Below are positions 47,990 through 59,807 of a stretch of 64,000 bases of DNA, piece by piece. Position numbers and translations under genes: made by a program. Below the pieces are notes generated by a model. It did not search any database, had not been told where the DNA came from, and was given only the letters and a program-made list of their open reading frames with translations. Numbering within the stretch: position 1 is the first letter of the stretch; each line of letters opens with the position of its first letter. This DNA comes from Sphaerodactylus townsendi (taxonomy: Eukaryota): positions 111,910,001 to 111,974,000 of the forward strand of contig NC_059425.1 of NCBI RefSeq assembly GCF_021028975.2, in the 5' to 3' direction.

Positions 47990-48112
47990 GTGGTTGCACT
48001 TTTGAGGATGGCCCAGGGCCCTGTGATTACCATCAAGACCCATATGATGATTTTGACTGGGTTCATATAAGTGCTCAAGAGCCCCACTACTTGCCACCTG
48101 AGATGCCTCCAG
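47990..48112 (+). CDS. PTPRK: Internal coding exon of receptor-type tyrosine-protein phosphatase kappa (start of the MAM domain; probably exon 2)
   Basis: Polypyrimidine tract plus TAG acceptor (47988-47989), GTAAG donor (48113); 123 bp, phase 1/1. Translation GGCTFEDGPGPCDYHQDPYDDFDWVHISAQEPHYLPPEMPPG closely matches the PTPRK sequence as I recall it (GGCTFDDGPGACDYHQDLYDDFEWVHVSAQEPHYLPPEMPQG). Confidence 0.93.
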
Positions 48113-50876
48113 GTAAGAGTTGCTGAAATAGCTGAACAATCAGAGTAACATTATTTCCTGGGAAGGAGGATGGCTTACTTTTTTTAAACTTGAGGGACTT
48201 TTTTTAAACTTGAGGGATGCAGTCTGTTGAGCCATAGATTGCTGTTGTTCAACTGCAGTCTGCTGTCAAGGAGTAAGCAAGTTTTGGGGCAAGTGCATAT
48301 TCTATCTGTGTTAACTGGAGCAAAGTAAACACTTGCTTAAAAATGTCTAACGTTGCATACATAATCAATATGAAGTTCTATGATTTTTGTACCAAATCAA
48401 CATAAATTAATATGATGATGATGATGATGAGTGTTTTCTCCATTTATACTCCACCTGTGTTCCTAATGAGTTTTTAGATCTGTTTAAAATATTCTTCTAT
48501 TCTCCATTTTAAAATACAATAAAATATTAAGATCCTCATGCTCTCAAAAGCCAAACGAAACCTGAGATTAAGTAGACAAGGTGCTGGATTCAAATTAAAC
48601 TTGATGCTGACACTGATAAGGGCTTGCCTATGTAAGTTTTTAATGTACACCAGCGGTATAGCTTCAGAAAATGGCACCCAGGGCTAGCACTGAAATTGTT
48701 CTCCCCTTCACCCAGACTGTGCTGCCCAGAAATCTACTTAATGGGGGTAACTCTCAGGAAAGTGTTCTTGGTCATGCACACATTTGCCCTTGGATTAATA
48801 GTACAACTCTAAGGTTGCTTTGTTACTTGGGAGTAAATTCAACTGAAATCAGCAGGACTTATTTCTGAGTAAACATGGATGAGATTAGAGTGTATGTATG
48901 CTAGATGATCACACAACTGCACAGTGAGATTCTGCCTTAGTGCCACATTCCCAAGCAAGCATGCATATGACTAGAGTGGACTTGTACAAGAATAACATGC
49001 AAATTTAGAATTACTTTGAAAGCATTCCAATAGTTTTGTGCTCATTAATCCTCATTTTCAGTGTTATAAAGATCAATTGGTGCGATTTGCAAACATTTAT
49101 ACCATTCTCACTGTCAGCTAAATTCTTTTAAAAATAAATATTGGTTGCTAACCACAAATACCCTTTCTGTCTCCTAAAATCCAGTTCAAAGTAGTTACAC
49201 AAAAGTAACTATGACCTTGAAACATCACAGAAAAACACTAAAAATTCTACATCAATTTATTGTCGAAGGCTACAATTATACATCAGTTGTTTTTCTTTTA
49301 GGTAAAGACTAGGTGGAAATCATTTTCCAAATGCAATGTAAAATATACACACTATTATTTATTTATTTACTTTTAGAAACCAATGGTTTTGCTCATTTGT
49401 AGAGAATATTTGTCACTGATGTAAGAACTGGAAATGCCTAACAATTTTTTAATATTAAAATGACAAGGGAACATTTTCTCTTCTTTGGGATATCAAATTT
49501 TTGCCATATAAAATACAATTCAGCTGAATATGACACACTGTAAAGCAGGCTATGAAGATTCAAGTTATGTGGACAACATTAAACAGTATACCATAGCAAC
49601 CTGGTTCACAAGATGATTCTTTTCTATAGATTTCTTTACAAACTTTATAAACATTAAGGATTGCAAGATGTTCCTGTTTTCTTTCCCATTTATAAAGACT
49701 TTAGGCATTACAGATTTTTTTTTACAGACCACCTGAGATCTTATTAATAGTTGGTTACAATGTGAAGTTTTATCATCTATTTCTTCCTCTTTTCTGATTG
49801 GGGCTTTTAAAAAATGCCCCACTAACAACTGTTTTGGAAACCCCTGTAAAGCCTCCCCCAAAGAAGCTCACTGAGTGATCTTGGATCAGTTGCGCATTCT
49901 CAGCCTAACTTATTTGATAAAATAGAGGGCCTTGGGCACCCACTGGACTGGAAAGAAAGGTTGGATATAAATTAAGTAAATTAAGTAAATAAAGGGTTGT
50001 TGTACTGTTGTTATGCCAATAAAGGCTTGCTGAAATATTAAAGTAAATAAAGGGGAACCTTATGAAATTGAGAGGTGCCTCAAGTTGTTTCCCACCTCCC
50101 CTGTGCTTCCTGGGGACACACAATTCTACAGTTTGCACACACTCAGAGAGCCTCTGGATCACACCAGTGATGTGCAAAAAGTGATGTAGTCTTTCCCCCT
50201 GGCTTACCAGACCAAAGTAGTATCTTTCTGTGCACCTCAGCCTGCGAGTTAGGCAAGGGGCTGGGGGTACCTGCCAGGAGAGAGGAGGTAAGAGCTGGAG
50301 GGGTGGCTGCTGAGGGCACTCCTGGCCTTCCACACCCATGGGACTCCCTCCCTACCTGGGGCTCTCTCTGCCTGGGCCTTAGACCTCCTGGCCAACCCCT
50401 GTGCTTTTGGTTGTCAGCCACTTTGCAAAGGGATGGCATGTCCAGCCACTCAGGGGTGCTCTGCTGCTTTCACTTCCTAATCCAGGGTAAACTTTGACCT
50501 TCTGGTGTCAGGCCCAGCTCCTCCCCTTTCTTCTGGGTGGGAGATGGTGACCAGCCGAATGTGCCCCCGCATGACCCACGGGAGTGGCAGTTTGGGGCTT
50601 CCACTCCTCCTCCTCATTATTATTCGTATGTGTACAGCATCAGTGGTGTAGTGGTTAAAAGCAGGTGCGCTCTAATCTGGAAGAACCGGGTGTGATTCCC
50701 CATTCTGCCACTTGAGCTGTAGAGGCTTTTTTGGGGAACTAGATTAGCCTGTGCACTTCCAACACATGCTAGCTGGGTGACCTTGGGCTAGTCACAGCTT
50801 TTTGGAGCTCTCTCAGCCCCACTCACCTCATAGGGTATTGTGGTGGGGGAGGGAAAGGAGATTGTAAGCCCCTTTG

Positions 50877-53287
50877 CAGTGGCGTATCTGCCTAGGGATA
50901 AGGGGGTCAAATGTCCCCGGGCGCCCTTTTGTGGGGGGCGCAAACATTGCAGGCTCGTTTGTGTGTATTTTGAATTTTGTAGTGTTTTTTCAGTGTTTTG
51001 CCTGCAGGGGGTGCTGGGTTTTGGCTAGCAGCACCAGAAGTTCAGGGATTCTTTGACAGACTACCAATGGGAGCTAATAGAAGATGGGGGCTACACCTTT
51101 GGGAGTCCATACCTTTGGACCTCCTGAACCAAACATCACCAAACCTGGGTGGTATCATCAGGAGAGTCTCTTACTGATATCATCCAGGTTTTGTGAAGTT
51201 TGGTCCATGGGGTCCAAAACTATGGTCTCCCAAAAGGGGTGCCCCATACCCCATTGTTTCCAGTGGGAGCTAATAGGAGATTTGGGCTACATCTTTGAGG
51301 GTCCATAACTTTGGGTTCCCTGAACCAAACTTCACCAAACGTGGGTGGTATCATCAGGAGAGCCTCCTAAAAATACCCTGAAATTTTGGTGCTGCTAGCT
51401 TAACAATTACACCTCTGACAGCAGGTACCCCTCAAATTTCTCCAGATTCTCCTTTTAAATCCACCCCCTTCAGCATGAGTTTAAAGGCAGAATCTGAGGT
51501 CCCCAGTTTAAACATGGAAAGTGATGTTGTTTCCAGGTTGGGGAGAATCTACTCCAAAACATCATCACTTTCAATGTTGTTTTAACTGGGGACCCCAGAT
51601 TCTCCCTTTAAGGTGGATTTAAAAGAAGAACCTGGGCTCCTTAGTTTAAACACCATTGAAAGTGATGCTGTGTGGGGTGGATTCCACTTGAGGTGTTTTG
51701 TGAGAGATGATGCTGACATTTATTTGGTAAATGTTTTGCTGGGGGTGATTTGTGAGAGATTTACATGATTAATACCCACTTTCACTGGCTTGGAGCTGTT
51801 TCTCAGGCTAACAACATGCCTCATAGGGTTGGTGTGAGGTCAAAATTAGGAAAGATAGTTGGTGGGGAGAGAGCCATGTATGTTTTTCTGGGGGTGGAGG
51901 GTGATTTGTGAGATATTATACTGACAAATCACTCCCCACCCCCAGCAAAACATACATGGCTCTCTCCCCACCAACTCTGTTTCCTAATTACCAAATTATG
52001 TAGGGTGGTGAGAACCACAAAGGATTGTGAAGAGTCTGAGTGGACCTTTATAAATTAGGTGAGCGGGCTAAGAAATGGCAAATGCAGTTCAACGTAGCAA
52101 AATGTAAAGTGATGCACATAGGGGCAAAAAAATCCAAACTTCACATACACGCTACAGGGGTCAGTGCTATCAGTCACAGACCAGGAAAGGGATTTAAGCA
52201 TCCTAGTTGATAGTTCCATGGGAATGTCGACTCAATGCACGGCAGCTGTGAAAAAGGCAAACTCTATGCCGGGGATAATTAGGAAAGGAATTGAGAATAA
52301 AACTGCAAAGATTGTCATGCCCTTATATAAAGCAGTGGTGCGACGGCACTTGGAGTACTGTGTTCAGTTCTGGCTGCCACATCTCAAAAGGATATCGAAG
52401 AGATAGAAAAAGTCCAGAGAAGGGCAATGAGGATGATTGAGGGATTGGAGCACCTTCCTTATGAGGAGAGGCTGCAGCGTTTGGGACTCTTTAGTTTGGA
52501 GAGGAGACGTCTGAGGGGGGATATGATTTAAGTGTATAAAAGAATGCATGGGTTAGAAAATGTTGACAGAGATAAATTTTTCTCTCTCACAATACTAAAA
52601 CTAGGGGGCATACATTGAAAATGCAGGGGGGAAGAATTAGGACTAATAAAAGGAAACACTTCTTCATGCAACGTGTGATTGGTGTTTGGAATATGCTGCC
52701 ACAGGAGGTGGTGATGGCCACTAACCTGGATAGCTTTAAAAAGAGCTTGGACAGATTTATGGAGGAGAAGTCGATCTATGGCTACCAATCTTGATCCTCC
52801 TTGATCTGAGATTGCAAATGCCTTAGCAGACCAGGTGCTCGGGAGCAGCAGCAGCAGCAGCAAAAGGCCATTTCTTTCACATTGTGCTTGTGAGCTCCCC
52901 AAGGCATTTGGTGGGCCACTGTGAGTAGTAGAGTGCTGGACTAGATGGACTCTGGTCTGATCCAGCTGGCTCTTTCTTATGTTCTTATGTTGTTTGGTAA
53001 ATGTTTTGCTGGGGGTGATTTGTGAGAGATTTACATGCTTAATACCCACTTGCACTGTCTTGAAGCTGTTTCTCAGGCTAACAACGTACCTCATAGGGTT
53101 GGTGTGAAGACAAAATTAGGAAAGAGTTGGTGGGGAGAGAGCTATGTATGTTTTGCTGGGGATGGGAGGTGTTTTGTGAGCTGGTGTATTGTTTGGTCAT
53201 GGTGGGGGAGGGTGGCTGCCCATATCGGGGGGGGGCGCCAAACTCAGGTTTTGTCCCCAGGCTCCAGTTTGCCTAGATACGCCTCTG
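50877..53287. mobile_element. Non-autonomous hAT element inside the SINE
   Basis: TIR CAG(T/A)GGCGTATCT; perfect 8-bp TSD CCCCTTTG (50869-50876, 53288-53295). Confidence 0.92.
51990..52991 (+). mobile_element. 5'-truncated CR1 LINE inside the hAT element
   Basis: WQMQFNVAKCKVMH; ERDL.ILVD; [16 protein letters not shown]; EKVQRRA; ttcttatgttcttatgtt tail. Confidence 0.95.
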
Positions 53288-53315
53288 CCCCTTTGAGTCT
53301 CCTTACAGAAAGGGG

Positions 53316-53742
53316 TGTTATCATGAAAGCAAGCCTGGGAGAGCCACGCTTGTTTCATTAAAACCTGGGTTCTTTTCTCCAATAACTCCAACCAGCTGAG
53401 GTCTCAACGATTTTTATTGAAAAACAGAAAACAAAGAAATAAAACATGATTGCAGTTAAGGGACTGCTTAGCTGGTTATGTCCCTTTTGGTTCTTTGTCC
53501 CCGTTCTGGGAACCCATGGCCCAGAGATGTTTCTCTGACCACGTCTCAAGATGGAATTCCAAAACCTTTGTTTTCCCCTTCCCAGGAAAACTCTGTTTAG
53601 GCCATGAGGTAACTTAGGCCTTTGAAGTTGCATCCTAGCACCTCTGCATAGTTTCCTGTCCTCCCTCCAGGAGATCAAAAGGCAAAGATGCTTTTCACAG
53701 TCATGTGTGATTTTGCTAGTTTTACAGTACTATTCCATCACA
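53316..53742 (-). mobile_element. Solo LTR inserted in the SINE tail
   Basis: TGTTAT...ATCACA termini; 4-bp flanks GGGG/GGTG; AATAAA on the minus strand near 53415; the SINE resumes after it. Confidence 0.75.
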
Positions 53743-56700
53743 GGTGTGTATAAATCCAAACTCTTCTTCTTATGATCCTTAGATTCTTTTGCCATTAATC
53801 ATTATGTGTGTTGAGTTGGCATTTCAGTTTCAGTTCCGTTTGGGCTGTTCAGTGCTGGCATGCTGACTCTGTATGCTGATTGGGTAACTTGAATGATGAA
53901 GTACAGTACTTACAGAAGAGATTGTTTGACAGCTACCCTCACAACTCTTCTGCCAGCCAGAATAATAGGTTAAAATACTTTAAAAATAAAATACAAAGTA
54001 CAGTGCAAATGAAGCTGTAAGATTGCATGTTTCAAAAATGTTAATGGGTCCTTTGAACATACAGGAAAAACCAGTTATGTGATTTTCCTTGATCTGTTAA
54101 CTTTCAGTCAGATATAATTGTGCCACCAGGAATCCTGTGAACAAACTTGATTGAATCAAAAGGAAGTTGAGCAACTTTTCTTTGGATTGATGGCTTGACC
54201 TAAATTCTCGTATTTTAGAGTGAGGGAGCAAAAATAATGAAATTTTAGTTATGCTTTTAAGTGCAATTGTGTGCTATCTTATTCTAGTATAAGTAGTAAT
54301 TAGTTTTCTAATATTCCTAGTGAATACATATTGTATTTTCAAAATACACAGAATTATTTAATTTTTTAAAATGTGTTAATAGGAACAAATTCATTTAATC
54401 TAAGAATAAGTGATGAATGAGGACAGCATACAAATTATTTATCTTCCCGTTGTACCCCATTTAGTTCGTTTGCTAGCATGTTTTTTCCACCACTCCTTTC
54501 CATACTCCTTTAGTTGATGATTTGTATATGTTGAGTTATAGCTGTGAGTTAAGTAGCAAAATAAGCTAATAACTTATGTGTAATAATAGATCCAGACTAT
54601 ACATGCGAAATATTAAGTACAGTTATTCAAACTATCTACATATGCCATCACTTTTAAATATTAAAATAGGAACAACAGATCTCTCATTTGAGCAACCAAC
54701 AAGAGATTCCAAAAGAGGTCAGCGTTTGGTAATACAAAATATTTGAATAAATATTTATGTTCTTGTACATCAATACATCTGTTCTTCAGTAGTTCCTTTT
54801 TAAGCAGTTGGGTTTAAAAATAAGATTCAGCTGAAATGGTTTCCTGGTTAAAAGAAAAGGCTGAAATTCCACCATGCAGTGTATGAGTTACTAGTAAAAT
54901 AAAGTATCTTCGGTCTTTCCATCAGCTGGGAATATCAGAAGGGTTCTGATTTATGGAAACGTTTCCATTGTTAATTACTACTGTGGACAAGATAATGAAT
55001 AACTGAAGAAGTACAGTGTAGATGACCTTGCCTGTTCACCTTTGATGAACAGCTTAATCGGTGCTTTCTAGTCAGAATTATCTGCCAAGTGAAATGAATT
55101 CTTCTGAAATTCAAGAACATATTTCAATTAATAGAGTATTGAATAATTAATCATGCCAAAAGAGGAAATAAGTTTGAAGCTACTTTATTTGTATGTCTGA
55201 TCAACCTGTGTCTGTTTTGAGGGGAGAAAAAAGATCTTTTTACTTTAAAATAAGACTAGCCTGCTCACAATCTCTTTTACTTTTTCATCTATTTTCCATA
55301 AATAATTTTTAAAGTGGGTGCATTCTGATTTTTTTGTAATTAGCAACTATGTTTGCACAATTACATCACTACAGTTGATAATGATTGAATGCTACAGTGT
55401 ACTTTCCTTGTTAACCAATAACATTTTTAGCATTCAATATCCCTTGCAAGCTGCCTGAATTTTTTCCACACCCAGCACCCAAATTTAACAAAGGAAAATA
55501 ACTGTCCTCATTTAAAGGTAAACAGGCAAGGGATTTATTATGTCATAAAGAGACCTTTTACTTATAGTGCAGAAAACACACATTCTATTTAGTCATAAAA
55601 TATTGAGCATGTTTTTAACTGTTGTGCAACATCAAAATTCCCTTTCAAGAATTTCAAAATTTAGTACACTCTCTAAGCCAACTCATAAAACTGAAATTTT
55701 AAGTTAGTTGGACTTTATTTGCTCATTAATTAGGTACAACTGGAGTCCTGGGTTGGATTATAATTCAGTACATACTAAGAATTTGTGCATGCAGTGAGAC
55801 TGAAGTCTTCAGACTCAGAGGTTTTTTGAGCCTACCTGAAAAGAAGAAACAATAACATTTGGAACATCTTCAGCTGAAACCAAAGATAAGGGAGGCCGGT
55901 TGATCTGCTTAACTGTTGCTGCTTCATCCATGTGAAATATAGAGCTTGGTGTCATCTGCATTTTGCTGACACCCAATACCAAAGTTCTGGACAGTCTCTT
56001 CGTGTCAGGTCAGGCAGGAAAGAGTGAAACCATTGTGGAAGAAAGTTTATCATACTCTGAGAAATCTAATTGATTCCTCTTTTTTATTTCGTAGTCTGAC
56101 CTGATGAAGAGTTCTGGGGAAATTAAGAGCTTGAATATTTTGTATCACTGGGTTGGTCCTTATGAAATGTATTACATGGATGTTCTCACAGTTCGCAGTA
56201 TTTTAGTTAAAATGGGTCACGTGATCAAGCAGTTAAAGAAAAATAGATTATATGGAATGTCATGGGAACAGTGTTTTTACTATTGAGTATCATTTTTTTA
56301 AAATATAGAAAACATTTATTAGGAAATTAATGCAAAGTCCAGGAAAGTTGGATAGCTAATTTGAATAAAAGTTCAGCCTAGTGTTCTACTACAACCACTA
56401 TTACCAACATTTCTGTTCATACAAACACTGCATAGTAAACAGAAAACAATAAACAAATTTGCGGGGAAAATGATATATATTGGGTACCTGAAAACATTTT
56501 TGTTTTCAGAAGTAAAATTGTGTGTATGCACAATGTTTGAGAGTTGTAAACTGCTGCATCCTATGCTACCTTAGTTTGTGTATATCATTGACAAAGCTGG
56601 TTTCCTTGGTAATGTATTGTCATTAAACACATACTATATTAATTATTGCCAAAATATTTAATTTAATTTAAACAAAGAAAATTTTGTTGAAAATTTTATA

Positions 56701-56766
56701 TATGCCTATAGTATACATACAAATATTATCTGATACTGTTGATTATCATAAAAAATTCATACTACA

Positions 56767-57742
56767 CTAGCGGGCCCAGCCACGCGTTGCTGTGGCAATT
56801 GTCCTTCTCATCACAGTCTGCAACCCACACAGATGTCCATGCAGGTCCAATGATTCCCAGCATAGCCTTTTGGGATGGTCAAATGGAATCCCTCTTTCCC
56901 TTTTCAATGCACATTGTTATATGATGCTGTATTGTTTTTTTTAGTATAAGGTAACCCTTCCCATTCCACAATGGAACTGTCCAGAGTGCAAATCCCGCTG
57001 TCCATGGGGGTGGTTGACACACACAGTCCTGGCTTGGGTAAGGCAGAACTGGGGCAAGCAGGCAATCCCAGTCAGGCAGCAGAGGCAGGGTGGTGAGGTG
57101 CTGAGATCGAGGCCAGCTCCCTGGGTTCTTAAAAAGCCATGTGCAAAAGAAGCGGAGCTGGTAGTGTAGTTTTGCCCCCACCCGGCGGATTTTCTTAGAA
57201 GAAAACGGCAAACTCCAGCTCGCTTTTAGTAAAAGAGAGCTGTGGTGAATATGGGTGAGGAAGTGGGTAAGTGGTGTTTGGATGTGAGGGAGGGCAGAGT
57301 GAGGTGTGTGAGGATGAGCTGGATGTGTATTGTGTGGTAGCAGTGGGTGAGGCACAGAGAGTGAAAGTTACCTGCATATGAGGGGGGCAAAGTGTGTATG
57401 TGTCCCACTTCTACTCGTATTACCTGACAGTATTACCTATTTACTGTTTTTATTGCTCATCTCTGCCCATCTGCACGAACATTCTAAGTCCTCAGGCCAC
57501 AGACAGACAGGCTGCATGAACATTCTAAGGGTAACAGTTAAACAGAGGCAGCTTCATGGCCTGGTGTGCCAGGAAAAAGATGTTTTACCTGGCTCAGGTA
57601 TGGACTTTCGGCGGTTTGAACGTCCGAGTACCTGCCAGCAACAGGGAGAGACGTCCTGTGAAAATTTGGGGGCGATCCGTCCAGCAGCTTTTGAGGGACA
57701 CCATCAGGGACAAACACACTGTTAGATTTTTATATATATAGA
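56767..57742 (-). mobile_element. Non-autonomous Helitron (976 bp)
   Basis: Minus strand: A|TCTATATATATA... 5' end; GCCAC-N8-GTGGC hairpin (56779-56796) just upstream of the CTAG|T 3' end; A|T target and no TSD. Confidence 0.88.
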
Positions 57743-58439
57743 TAATTTGAATAAGTACTTTCATTTCATTCATTCTGAAAGGAGGGTGAAAAGCCTTTTC
57801 ATGCTGCATTTTTAAAGAGAAACCTTCCGTTAAGAAGCATTTTGTTCATTCTGAACGGGAGAATAGTTCATGGGAATTTGAGTGCTCCCCCAAATTTCCT
57901 GTTTTTATTGTAAAAAAAAAGGTCCTAAAAAAACTTACTGCAGGATTAGGACTTTTTTTTCCTGGGCTGTTACATCCCTAGTCTCATTGATCTTTTTGTT
58001 TTATAGCCACCACTGTTCATCTGAGAAACTTCCTTAGAAATTTACTATCCTGTTTCCTGCCACATACCCTGAAGTTGAAAGTAGAATGTAGAATAATTCA
58101 GACTATCTGTTAAATTTCTTCAGTGTTTTCGCTGATTGTGTTGAAAACAAGGCCTAATTCATAGATGCTTTGCAATGTTAAGGGAAATGATAGCTGCTAG
58201 TAAGATAGACATAATCCCTTCAGAATTTGCAATATTTGTAATAACACCTAGATCATGGCACTTTGATCTAGGTGAGGGGTTCATAACCTTGTTGAGCCTG
58301 TGGGCATCTTTAAGAATTTTGACATAGCATGGTAGGCACAGCCACAAAAGGGCTGCTACAAAATTATTTTTTTTTAATGTCACAGCTGCCAGTTCTTTAT
58401 TTGGTTGTTGGCTTTTCATTACAATTTGAGTCTCACCCA

Positions 58440-59807
58440 GAGGTCTAGGATGTACTGTGGCAGTAAAGAAGGGCAAGATCACTGAGAGTGACAGCATATA
58501 AATGCCTGATGGCCAACTAATCAAGTGAATCAAAAGGAAGCTTCTAAATACCTGGGCATTTTGCAGCTGGATATCATCAAGCACAGGCAAGTGAAGACTG
58601 TGGTCAGCAGAGAATACACCCGGAGGGTTAGGAAAATGTTGAACTCCAAATTAAATGTCGGGAATACTATTAAGGCCATCAACACCTGGGCCATACCCAG
58701 CATCAGGTACACCACCAGAATCATAAACTGGACACAGGCTAATTTGGATGCATTGGATAGAAAAACTTGGACGCTTATGACACTGCACCATGCCTTACAC
58801 CCACGTAGTGATATGGATAGATTATACCTTCCCCGGAGATCAGGTGGCAGAGGGTTACTGCAAGAAAAGCAAGTAGTGGGAGTGGAGAAAAATGCACTGG
58901 GCAATTAAGTGAATGAAAGTCATGAATAGGCATTGATTGCAGTGAAGAACAGACATTTACTGAAATGTGGTTAACACGAGGACTGAAAACTGGCACAACA
59001 AAGCATTGCACAGCCATGGAGATGATCAAGGACAAGGTGGACAATGAAAAGACCTGGCTGTGGTTAACATCTGAAAAAGGAAACTGAATTCCTGATGTTA
59101 GCTGCTCAAGAGCAAGCCACGAGAACAAATCCAATCAAGGCCATAATTGAAAAATTCTTGGATGATGCAAAGTGAAGATTGTGCAAGGAAGATGAAGAAA
59201 CTGTAGATCATGTACTCAACTGCTGCAAAAAGATCACCCAGGCTGAATACAGAGGCACAACTCAATGGCCAAGATGATCCACTTAGGACAACATTAGGAC
59301 AGCTAAAAACTGGTGGGCACATTGTCCTGAGAAAGTCAAAGTGAGAAGGTCAAGATCCTGTGGGACTTCAGCATCCAAACAAAGTATTGGCACATAATAC
59401 ACCAGACATCACAGTGATTGAGGACAAGAAAGTGAACATCATTGACATAGCAGTACCTGGTGACAACAGTGTCATTGAAAAAGAACATGAGAAGATCACT
59501 AAATACCTCAATCTTCAAACTGACATACAGCAAGTATGGCACCAGTTGAGTTAATCCGAGTTATAATTGGCAACCTGGGCGCCATTCTGAAAACCCTAGG
59601 GCAGCACTTGAAACATCTTCAAATCACCAAAATCAACATTGGTCAGATTCAGAAGGCAGCCTTGCTGAGATCTATCTGTACGAATACTATGCCGAAACAT
59701 TACAATGTCCTAGGCCTCTGGGTGAGGCTCAAATGGTCATGAAAGGCCAACAACCAGCTAAAGAACTGGCAGTTGTGATATTAGACAAATTAAATAATAA
59801 TAATAAT
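58440..59807 (+). mobile_element. R4/Dong-like non-LTR retrotransposon 3' fragment (restriction-like endonuclease clade), decayed
   Basis: KYLGI; INTWAIP..RY; RLYLPR..GGRGL; C(R)LC...ETVDHV...C zinc knuckle; NTPDI.....IIDIAVP endonuclease motif; (TAA)n tail. Confidence 0.88.

Larger units (their letters stand above)
50635..53770 (+). mobile_element. Full-length Squam3-like tRNA SINE broken into three pieces (50635-50876, 53296-53315, 53743-53770)
   Basis: A-box TGGTGTAGTGG, B-box-like GTGTGATTCCC, CORE-like gctgggtgaccttgggc, and tail ataaatccaaactcttcttc; the pieces join into the sequence seen at 33685-33800. Confidence 0.88.

Noticed and set aside
50635-50710. tRNA gene
   Set aside because: A/B boxes belong to a SINE head; no convincing cloverleaf.
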